This document shows, one piece after another, positions 34,566-42,361 of a DNA stretch of 58,690 nucleotides. The stretch is from Candidatus Acidiferrales bacterium (lineage in GTDB: Archaea; Thermoproteota; Bathyarchaeia; 40CM-2-53-6). The translations under genes and the position numbers were made by a program. A model generated the notes under the pieces. The model ran no database searches, was not told where the DNA came from, and saw only the letters and a list, made by a program, of their open reading frames with translations. The stretch lies in contig DATIYC010000066.1 of assembly GCA_035517955.1 (NCBI GenBank), forward strand, positions 1 to 58,690. Reading direction: 5' to 3'. Numbering within the stretch: the stretch's first letter is position 1; every line of letters starts with the position of its first letter.

Positions 34566-35777
34566 TCACTGCCGCTTCGTGTACCCATCAGTAACCGCCG
34601 AGTAGTTGAATTCCCCTTTACGAGTTAATTGCAGTAGAGCCTGTTCGATCTCCTGCGTTTTGAAGCCTTCCTTCAGACTCAGTGTTAGAAGATCTCCCCT
34701 TTCGTATGTATATTCAGGTATCTCAACAATTTTTCGGAGCGCATCCTCACACAGTGCAACTCTTTCTTGATCAATTTTCGTCTCAACAGCTCTCCGTGAT
34801 CGAACCTCCCTGGCTAACTCTCGTCCGATCATTCCAAATTTCTTTGATACGAGTTCCGCAAGGATTTTACTACCTCCTCTAAAAGTGAGAACAGTTTTAG
34901 GGCGAGTTTCTTGCACAAACCGTAACAATTGTTCCAAGTCTGCTTGGTCGGAAAGTGTGAAGACGCGATCCTCCGCTCCCCTGGTCAGATTCGGCCAACC
35001 GGTCACGTTGGCAACTCTGAAGTCACCGAACCGGGTAGCGTCGAATCTCTTCGGCACTAAGACTATACACTCATCGTGTCCTACCAGCGATTGAGCATCT
35101 ACGGAGGATGAATCGACGTATCGGAGCCCAACGTCGTTTTCAACGTACACTTTGTTTACACGCGCTATCTGCGGATGAACGACGACTGACAACTCTGTCC
35201 AAGTGTTGAAAACTCTTGTGAGCTCTTGGGCGATTCCGAGTGAGTCGACCGCGAAGGTGGGAATTCGTTTGTCATGAATGCACTCGAGAGTCCACTTGAC
35301 CATTTCCGCGATGACATGTTCTCGTGGTGGAAGCGACATGCCTGGAGCTGGAAACGTAGCTTCGATAACTAGGGTTTCACAAGGTGCAACCTCTGCAGCA
35401 CGCGAGGTTAGCGTGTCTGTGAAGTTGATGTGACTCGCATAAACGATGTTTCCCTCTGGGGTGATCACCTCATACTGGACAGATCCTAGGACATGGCCTG
35501 CGTCGTGAGCTTCTACTTCGACCTCCCCGAGTTTCAATCTTCGGCCAACACGGATTGGTTGCCAGTTTCCTACCACTTGGCTGGATTGGGCTTCGTAAAT
35601 TTGCTTAGTTTCGTTTGTTGAGTATTTCTTCTGTGTTGGGAACTGAAAACCCTTTGAATGATCAAAGTGAGCGTGGCTTATGAATAGGTTCGGTATTGTC
35701 GGGTCGCTTTCGGCCGCATCAAAGAGGATCCTGCAATCATTGTAGCGAATCGCAACGCCGTTAGACCAGCGAACCAA
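34566..35777 (-). CDS. Metallo-beta-lactamase fold, beta-CASP-like protein with C-terminal winged-helix-like tail
   Basis: 403 aa with SHAHFDHS (HxHxDH), HDAGHVLGS and LVIEATF (motif A). Confidence 0.6.
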   Translation of the reverse strand: MVRWSNGVAIRYNDCRILFDAAESDPTIPNLFISHAHFDHSKGFQFPTQKKYSTNETKQIYEAQSSQVVGNWQPIRVGRRLKLGEVEVEAHDAGHVLGSVQYEVITPEGNIVYASHINFTDTLTSRAAEVAPCETLVIEATFPAPGMSLPPREHVIAEMVKWTLECIHDKRIPTFAVDSLGIAQELTRVFNTWTELSVVVHPQIARVNKVYVENDVGLRYVDSSSVDAQSLVGHDECIVLVPKRFDATRFGDFRVANVTGWPNLTRGAEDRVFTLSDQADLEQLLRFVQETRPKTVLTFRGGSKILAELVSKKFGMIGRELAREVRSRRAVETKIDQERVALCEDALRKIVEIPEYTYERGDLLTLSLKEGFKTQEIEQALLQLTRKGEFNYSAVTDGYTKRQ

Positions 35778-35852
35778 AGGTTTCAGTTCGTAGCCCCCAA
35801 TACCTCTGAGCTTGGGGGCTTGAATTTGTGTCTGTACCTGACGCCTTGACTC

Positions 35853-36797
35853 TCAAGCAGGTATTGTAACTTCTTTTTGCTCTTCCAAGTATGCGAGAGC
35901 GTCTAGGGCGGCTTTGCAACCTTCCCCAGCAGCTGTCACAGCCTGCCGATACTTGTGGTCGTGCACATCGCCTGCAACGAAAACCCCGCGTACACTTGTC
36001 TCCGTCACATTTCGAGTGACCGTGTACCCTTTTTCGTCGAGTTCGATCTGGCCCTTGAAGACCTTCGTGTTAGGCTCGAAGCCTATTGCTACGAAGACGC
36101 CGTCGCTGGCAATTATTGAGACTTCGCCTGTCTTGACATTTCTGACCTTGACTCCCTCAACTTTCTGATCTCCAGAAATTTCCTCGACAACTGAATTCCA
36201 CACGAACTTGATCTTGGGGTTGGCCATGGCTCTCTTCTGCATGATCTTGCTAGCACGAAGCACCTCGCGCCGGTGGATAACACTCACTTCGCTCGCATAC
36301 TTGGTCAGGAAGAGAGCTTCCTCAATTGCCGTGTCTCCTCCTCCAACCACAACCACGCGTTTGCCCCTGAAGAAGTAACCATCACAAGTGGCGCAGCTTG
36401 AAACTCCACGACCCCTCATTCTAACCTCCGATGGCAGCCCTAACCATTTTGCCGACGACCCAGTGCTAATAATCACGGCCTTCGACGAGTACGATTTTCC
36501 AGCGACTTTGATCTGGAAAGGATCATTCGAGAAATCAACTGATTCCGTATCCTCGTCAATAATCTTGGCCCCGAATCGTTCGGCTTGTTTTCGCATTTCC
36601 TGCATCAGAACCGGGCCCTGAATACCGTCGGGGAAACCCGGGAAATTCTCAACCCCGCTTGTAAGCATTAATTGTCCGCCTGAAAGACGCCCACCAATAA
36701 CCAATGTGTTGAGTAGTGCCCGGCCAGTGTAGATCGCGGCCGTCAGACCTGCGGGACCAGATCCAACGATTATCACGTCGTAATCGTAATCTGCCAT
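35853..36797 (-). CDS. trxB: Thioredoxin-disulfide reductase
   Basis: 314 aa with DVIIVGSGPAG, redox-active CATCDG, and GGGDTAIEEA. Confidence 0.92.
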   Translation of the reverse strand: MADYDYDVIIVGSGPAGLTAAIYTGRALLNTLVIGGRLSGGQLMLTSGVENFPGFPDGIQGPVLMQEMRKQAERFGAKIIDEDTESVDFSNDPFQIKVAGKSYSSKAVIISTGSSAKWLGLPSEVRMRGRGVSSCATCDGYFFRGKRVVVVGGGDTAIEEALFLTKYASEVSVIHRREVLRASKIMQKRAMANPKIKFVWNSVVEEISGDQKVEGVKVRNVKTGEVSIIASDGVFVAIGFEPNTKVFKGQIELDEKGYTVTRNVTETSVRGVFVAGDVHDHKYRQAVTAAGEGCKAALDALAYLEEQKEVTIPA

Positions 36798-36889
36798 GCT
36801 ACTTCTGATCCATGGTTCGTGGCGGTGAAATTATAAGTGGCACCCTTGAGCGGTTGAAACGGAAATGACGTGTTCAAGCTATGTGAGGT

Positions 36890-37387
36890 TTAGGCTTCTC
36901 GCAGATATCCATTCTTCGCCTCAGTGTGCATTGGTTTTCCAATGTAAATTACGATTGTTCGCGAGAGACGATTGAACAGCCGCTGCCGTAATGGTCTACA
37001 GGGCGAATAGATCCAACCTATCAAACAGTCCAGTGGAAGAAGCAGCGACTTTCCTATACTCTGCACCGCGGCTGATCGGAGACTCGCATTTCGTCCGCCT
37101 GCCTCAACGAGCCTCAAGTTGAGCAAGAGCTGTCCTATTGATCTTCCAACGTACCATTCGGATAGCGTCCAGTAGAGGAAGAAGATTAGAACAGATAGTG
37201 GGGACCAGATTGAGATATCGGACCCGGGCAGTTTTGGTAGTAGAAATTGAGGGATGAGTTTGGTTTCTAGGGATTCGAGGTTGAAGTAGGCGAGCAGGGA
37301 ATTGACGATCAAGTAGTCAATGAACCATGCTATGAAACGTCTGCCCCAATTAGCTAGAATAGGCGTGTCGGCCTGAGACCCGCTCAT
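36890..37387 (-). CDS. RDD-family membrane protein
   Basis: 165 aa with A.WGRRF.A..ID and three hydrophobic segments. Confidence 0.65.
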   Translation of the reverse strand: MSGSQADTPILANWGRRFIAWFIDYLIVNSLLAYFNLESLETKLIPQFLLPKLPGSDISIWSPLSVLIFFLYWTLSEWYVGRSIGQLLLNLRLVEAGGRNASLRSAAVQSIGKSLLLPLDCLIGWIYSPCRPLRQRLFNRLSRTIVIYIGKPMHTEAKNGYLREA

Positions 37388-37419
37388 TTGGGATCAGGCC
37401 GACTAGATTGTTCCGTTGC

Positions 37420-38490
37420 TTACTTTCGTTTCTTTGTTGGTCGGCCGCCCATCACCATTGCCATGACGGCTTTCTGAACATGGAGACGGTCCTCTGCCTG
37501 TTCGAAGTAGAGTGAGTAGTTCATGTTGTCGATTACTTCGTCGGTGACTTCTTGTCCCCGGTCTGCAGGTCCGCAATGTGTGTACTTGCCATGGTTTGTT
37601 AGGTCCATCATTTCTTGCGTACAGATCCAGTCCTTGAACTTGTCTTGGTAAGTCGTGGCTCCTGTTTTATCCACTGCGTTGCTGTGCGGCGGCAGGTAGC
37701 CCTTTGGAGACCATGCCTTGGGATAGACAACATCTGCGTCCTCGAAAGCCTCTTTCATGTTGTTTACTACTTTGAATCCTCCACCGTATCTGTCGGCGTT
37801 GGCTTTGGCGGCGTCGGTTACTACATCTTCGAGTTCGAAACCTGGAGGGTGTGCCAAGACGACGTCCATGCCCATCTGAGTTCCTATCAGAATCTCACTC
37901 TGTGGAACGGCGAGTGGTTTGAGGCCCCCTGAGTAGGCGTAGGAGACTACGAGCCTTTTTCCCTGGAGTTTCGGTATCGCTGCTCTCATAGCTTGCGCAT
38001 CCGCGAGCGCCTGAAACGGGTGATACATGTCATCCTCCATATTCAGAACGGGTATCGTAGCATGTTTGGCGAATTCTTGGACGACCTTGTGTCCCCTCCC
38101 GATGATCCATTTCGCGGCGTCTCCGTAAATGCGAATTGCAATGGCGTCACCGTATCGGCTTAGAACGCGAGCTACGTCCGAGATGGCCTCGGTTTGGTAG
38201 GCAACCATGTCTTCAGGTAAGGCTGGCGTGTAGACGTCCTGTGGGCTGAGAAAGTGCGCGTGCCCCCCAAGCTGGTACATGCCAGCTTCGAATGAGTTCC
38301 TCGTTCTGAGCGAACGGTTATAGAACATCATGAAAAGTGTTTTTCCGGGCAGGTACTCATGTTTCCTGCGTGCCCGAAACTGCTTCCTTAACTCGTCCGC
38401 AGCATTTAGGATCTTCTTGACTTCTTCTTGCGAGAAGTCGTTGGTATCAAGGAAATGTTTGCCGCTCCATAAACCTACGAAAGAAACCAA
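37420..38490 (-). CDS. YgeW-like (AOTC/SOTC-like) carbamoyltransferase, variant motifs
   Basis: 356 aa with SLRTR (in place of STRTR), HPFQALAD, PLAVPQSE, VVYPKAWSP, KDWICT and HCGP. It has no DxxxSMG ornithine loop. A TTG start is preceded by a GAGGGG SD-like element. Confidence 0.8.
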   Translation of the reverse strand: MVSFVGLWSGKHFLDTNDFSQEEVKKILNAADELRKQFRARRKHEYLPGKTLFMMFYNRSLRTRNSFEAGMYQLGGHAHFLSPQDVYTPALPEDMVAYQTEAISDVARVLSRYGDAIAIRIYGDAAKWIIGRGHKVVQEFAKHATIPVLNMEDDMYHPFQALADAQAMRAAIPKLQGKRLVVSYAYSGGLKPLAVPQSEILIGTQMGMDVVLAHPPGFELEDVVTDAAKANADRYGGGFKVVNNMKEAFEDADVVYPKAWSPKGYLPPHSNAVDKTGATTYQDKFKDWICTQEMMDLTNHGKYTHCGPADRGQEVTDEVIDNMNYSLYFEQAEDRLHVQKAVMAMVMGGRPTKKRK

Positions 38491-38557
38491 ATTTGCATAC
38501 CCCTCTTTTTCGATAGTTTTTGGGAATCTGACTTAAACCTTGGCTTTTATGCTTGCA

Positions 38558-39511
38558 TTAAACCTTAGGCGCGACTATGTGGGTGCCTGCCTTGTTCTCA
38601 AGTGCTTCAGTTAACTTCCCGAGAGATGCGATTATGGCCTGATCGCCTCCGCTTTCGACAAAACGTATCGCAGCCTCTATCTTTGGTGCCATGCTTCCTT
38701 CTTTGAATTGGCCGTCCTTCAAGTAGTTCTTCAGCTTCCCTGTACTGATCTCAGTGATTAACTCCTGTTTGGGCGTCCCGTAGTTCACGTACGCCCCTTC
38801 CACATCAGTCAAGACAACGAAAATATTCGCCCCGATCAGGGTTGCTAGCCTCTGTCCCGCCAAGTCCTTATCGATAACAGCCTCAACGCCGACTGCTTTG
38901 TCCTCCTCCTCGATTATTGGTATCCCTCCCCCGCCGCAAGCGACGACAATGAACCCCGAATCGACCAGCGCTCTGATTGCTAGGCGTTCAGCAATTATCT
39001 TCGGGTCAGGCGAGGCCACCACGCGCCTAAACCCTCGCCCAGCATCCTCCTTTACGACCAGTTCCGGTCTTTGTTGTTGGATCTTCTCCGCCTCCTCCTT
39101 AGAATAGAAGGGACCTACTGGTTTCGTTGGATGCTGAAACGCTGAATCATGTTTGTCGACGATCACTCTGGTTATCACCGTGACGACGAATTTGTCGACT
39201 CCTCGCGACTTCAACTCGTTCCGCAACGCCTGTTGTATCATGTAGCCAATGAAACCTTGAGTTTCAGCGCCGCATGCATCGAGTGGGAAAGGTGGAACGA
39301 TGTTCTTTGCCGCCTCGTGCCTGAGCATTGTTGCGCCAACTTGTGGCCCGTTACCATGAACCAGGACCATTTTGTGCCCACGCTCTATAAGATCAGCCAT
39401 TTTCGCCACGGTGGACTTAACGTTCTGATATTGTTCCTCGAAGGTACCCTTTTGCCCCCGTTGCAGAAGGGCGTTGCCGCCAAGTGCAATCACTATGAGA
39501 TTTTCGACCAA
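38558..39511 (-). CDS. arcC: Carbamate kinase
   Basis: 317 aa with IALGGNAL, VHGNGPQVG, ACGGGGIP, IDKDLA and MAPKIEAA. Confidence 0.92.
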   Translation of the reverse strand: MVENLIVIALGGNALLQRGQKGTFEEQYQNVKSTVAKMADLIERGHKMVLVHGNGPQVGATMLRHEAAKNIVPPFPLDACGAETQGFIGYMIQQALRNELKSRGVDKFVVTVITRVIVDKHDSAFQHPTKPVGPFYSKEEAEKIQQQRPELVVKEDAGRGFRRVVASPDPKIIAERLAIRALVDSGFIVVACGGGGIPIIEEEDKAVGVEAVIDKDLAGQRLATLIGANIFVVLTDVEGAYVNYGTPKQELITEISTGKLKNYLKDGQFKEGSMAPKIEAAIRFVESGGDQAIIASLGKLTEALENKAGTHIVAPKV

Positions 39512-39602
39512 TCACAAGCCCTCAATTGAATTGAAGAACGAAAAATCATCCGGTTTGACCTTATCAACTTTCACAGTCTTTTCAACGCAAGCGGAGGAAA
39601 TC

Positions 39603-39637
39603 ATATTTACGAGGTCAATTTCCTGTTTCAAAACAGG
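39603..39637 (+). promoter_or_regulatory. TATA-like box plus 7-2-7 palindrome upstream of carbamoyltransferase 2
   Basis: ATATTTA lies at 39603-39609. CCTGTTT-CA-AAACAGG lies at 39622-39637, ending 8 nt before the TTG start at 39646. Confidence 0.35.
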
Positions 39638-39645
39638 TAAACGAG

Positions 39646-40677
39646 TTGCCTAAAGTTGACCTTACTGGCAGAGACCTGATTACGACCCAAGATTGGTCAA
39701 TGGAGGAGCTGCAAACCACTCTAAAACTTGCAGCCGAATTCAAAACTAAATACCACAAGGGCACAGTGCCCCCTCTTCTTCGAAACAAGACATTCTTCGC
39801 CCTTTTCTATGCTCCATCAACTAGAACGAGAGCGGCTTTCGAGGCTGGGATGACCTACCTTGGCGGCCACGCGCAGTACATCGACGTATCAACGACGCGC
39901 CTCGGCTCTGGGGAGGCTCCGAAAGATGTCGCGAAGATGTACGAAAAATACGGGCATGGGCTCGGGGTCAGAATCTTGGATTCCGCAATAGATTACGTCA
40001 GCGGCGCAGGAGTTTCCGTAGTCCGTGAATACGCAAGGCACGCCGAAATCCCTGTCATTAACATGGCTTGTTGTACATATCATCCCACACAAGGTCTCGC
40101 TGATTTAATGACAACGCAAGAATCGTTCGGTCGACTTCGCGGTAAGAAGTACGTGATAATGTGGGGTTACGCTAGAAGCTTCCGGGGTCGATGCAGCATA
40201 CAAGAGGAGGCGCTGATAATGCCTCGGTTTGGAATGGACACGATACTAGCTCACCCGCCTGGTTTCGAGATTGACTCCGAGATTCTTCAGCAAGCGAAAG
40301 CGAACGCAAAGGAATCAGGGGGAACGTTCGAAGTCACGAATGACCTGAATTCGGCTCTGGACGGAGCGAACGCGGTTTTTCCAAGAAATTGGGCTTCGAA
40401 CGCGTTACTAACAGTGGGAGCTGGTAAGTTTGGAAAAGATCGGGAATTAGAATTGCATGAGAAACATCGGGATTGGATGTTGACTGAGAGAAGATTGGAT
40501 AAGATGGATAAGAAGGCTATAGTGACGCATGTTCTGCCGGCTCTTCGTGGGGAAGAGGCCAGCGATGAAGTGATGGATGGCCCGCACTCAGTGATTTACC
40601 CCCAAGCAGAGAACGGCATGTATACGAAAATGGCGGCAATGGCGCTTACGATGGGCGGAAAGAAGAAACGGACCTGA
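39646..40677 (+). CDS. YgeW-like carbamoyltransferase (second, divergent paralogue)
   Basis: 343 aa with STRTR, HPTQGLADL, AVFPRNWAS, RDWMLT and HVLP. It has no SMG loop. It shares the basic C-terminal tail MGG(K/R)..KKR with 37420-38490. Confidence 0.82.
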   Translation: MPKVDLTGRDLITTQDWSMEELQTTLKLAAEFKTKYHKGTVPPLLRNKTFFALFYAPSTRTRAAFEAGMTYLGGHAQYIDVSTTRLGSGEAPKDVAKMYEKYGHGLGVRILDSAIDYVSGAGVSVVREYARHAEIPVINMACCTYHPTQGLADLMTTQESFGRLRGKKYVIMWGYARSFRGRCSIQEEALIMPRFGMDTILAHPPGFEIDSEILQQAKANAKESGGTFEVTNDLNSALDGANAVFPRNWASNALLTVGAGKFGKDRELELHEKHRDWMLTERRLDKMDKKAIVTHVLPALRGEEASDEVMDGPHSVIYPQAENGMYTKMAAMALTMGGKKKRT

Positions 40678-40822
40678 CAGGCTAATATTTGAAGAGCGAT
40701 GCCACGCACATACGGTGCCTAGACTTTTACTTCTATGAGGTAGCGGAGCGTTTGTAGTTGGGTTAATGAGGATGTGCGTTAGTTGGATGGGGTGATTTTG
40801 GCGGTTTGGTAGTGACTGTTCG

Positions 40823-40829
40823 TTTTTTT
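40823..40829 (+). terminator. Oligo-T tract (T7), candidate archaeal terminator
   Basis: The TTTTTTT run lies in the convergent gap between carbamoyltransferase 2 and the thrC-like gene. Confidence 0.3.
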
Positions 40830-40914
40830 CGCAGCGAAGATGTAAGTACTAGTGATGATCCCCCCAGATGACGTCGGATTACCTTCACGAACCAGTGGCA
40901 GGCCGCTGCTGCTA

Positions 40915-42168
40915 TTACGCTAGAGCCTGATCTAGTTCTTTGATTGAGGGGTTGATTGTTGTTGCTTGGCCGGCTGCCTTCACTGCGGACGGTACGTCCT
41001 TAAGGCCATTGCCGGTAACAACAACCACAACTTCCTCGTCAGAATCGACGATGCCACTATGAACCGCTTTCACTAGACCCGCATACCCTGTTGCCCCGGC
41101 TGGTTCAGCAAACACTGCCGCGCCCCGAGCGAGTTTTCGCATCGCATCTAGCACTTCGTCGTCGCTAACTGTGATGTATGCGCCTTTAGTTTCTCGGACG
41201 GCGCGGACGGCCCGAGTGCCATCTCGAGGTAAACCTACGCAGATTGAGTCGGCAATTGTGTGAGCGTTGACTGGTGTGATTTTTTCAATGCCGACCCTCC
41301 ATGCGTTGTAGCAGGCCGCTGCGCCCTCGGCCTGTACTCCCATAAGTTTAGGCATCCTCGTAATCCAGCCCAACGCAACCAAATCCTTTAGACCCTTCCA
41401 AATTCCGGTTATGATATTTCCGTCTCCGACGGCGACGAATATTCTATCGGGAGCGCGCCACTGGTCTCGCTTACTTTCCATCGTTCCTAGTTGTTCGCAG
41501 ATTTCGAAGGAAGCCGTCTTCTTCCCCTCCACAGTGTATGGGTTGTAGCCTGTATTTCGGGAGTACCAACCAAATTTCTCGGACGCTTCGAGACATAGAT
41601 CGAAGGCTTGATCGTAGGTACCCTTCACCAAGAATACGTGGGCCCCGAAGATTAGCAGTTGTGCGACTTTAGCGGGTGGAGCGGTTTGGGGTACGAACAC
41701 GTAAGCAGGCATCTGTGCACTGGCCGATAATCCTGCTAGAGCGGCGCCCGCGTTTCCACTGCTTGCGGTAGTAATGGCGTCGACTTGGAGTTCCTTAGCT
41801 TTTGCTACGACTACGGCACTTGCCCGGTCCTTGAGGGAAGCTGTAGGGTTGAGCCCATCGTCTTTAATGAAGAGCCTGTTTAGGAACAGTTCTTTTCCGA
41901 GATTAGATGCGTGATAGAGTGGCGTCCAGCCGACTCGCAGTGGTGGAATGCTAGCACAACTCTTTACGGGTAATAGCTCCCAATATCTCCAGATAGAGGA
42001 GTCATTAGAAACTGAGATTTGACCTGAAGACGTCCGTGACTTGATCGCCTCATAATCATATAGCACGTCCAATAAGCCGCTGTTCCCATGCTTAGGACAA
42101 ACATATCGAACTTGATCTGGCTCATAGTTTGCATTACAGATTGAACATTGAAGATGACTGACGTTCAT
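40915..42168 (-). CDS. thrC: Threonine-synthase-family PLP enzyme with N-terminal zinc ribbon
   Basis: 417 aa with CSIC....CPKHG at the N-terminus, NPTASLKDR (PLP lysine) and SSGNAG. Confidence 0.8.
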   Translation of the reverse strand: MNVSHLQCSICNANYEPDQVRYVCPKHGNSGLLDVLYDYEAIKSRTSSGQISVSNDSSIWRYWELLPVKSCASIPPLRVGWTPLYHASNLGKELFLNRLFIKDDGLNPTASLKDRASAVVVAKAKELQVDAITTASSGNAGAALAGLSASAQMPAYVFVPQTAPPAKVAQLLIFGAHVFLVKGTYDQAFDLCLEASEKFGWYSRNTGYNPYTVEGKKTASFEICEQLGTMESKRDQWRAPDRIFVAVGDGNIITGIWKGLKDLVALGWITRMPKLMGVQAEGAAACYNAWRVGIEKITPVNAHTIADSICVGLPRDGTRAVRAVRETKGAYITVSDDEVLDAMRKLARGAAVFAEPAGATGYAGLVKAVHSGIVDSDEEVVVVVTGNGLKDVPSAVKAAGQATTINPSIKELDQALA

Positions 42169-42199
42169 TTCAGATCGGAATCCAAGTTTGAAACGGTTT

Positions 42200-42221
42200 A
42201 CGTATTATGAATTTAATACGT
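42200..42221. promoter_or_regulatory. 8-6-8 palindrome in the divergent thrC-like / PLP-enzyme intergenic region
   Basis: ACGTATTA-TGAATT-TAATACGT lies 32 nt from the thrC-like start codon. Confidence 0.35.
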
Positions 42222-42361
42222 TGCCCTCGCCGTGGTCAACGCAGAAAACATAAGTTATGGCAAGTGTTTAGCGCCAACTTAGTTTCGTTGACCGCGGAGG
42301 TTCGAGCTCAAAATGTTTGCGCGAATAAATTCACGCACCTGCATGAAAGAGGAACATTTTA

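Noticed and set aside
40848-40912. Candidate C/D-box sRNA (GTGATGA at about 40851)
   Set aside because: No matching D box (CTGA) or C'/D' pair occurs at the appropriate spacing, and there is no terminal stem.
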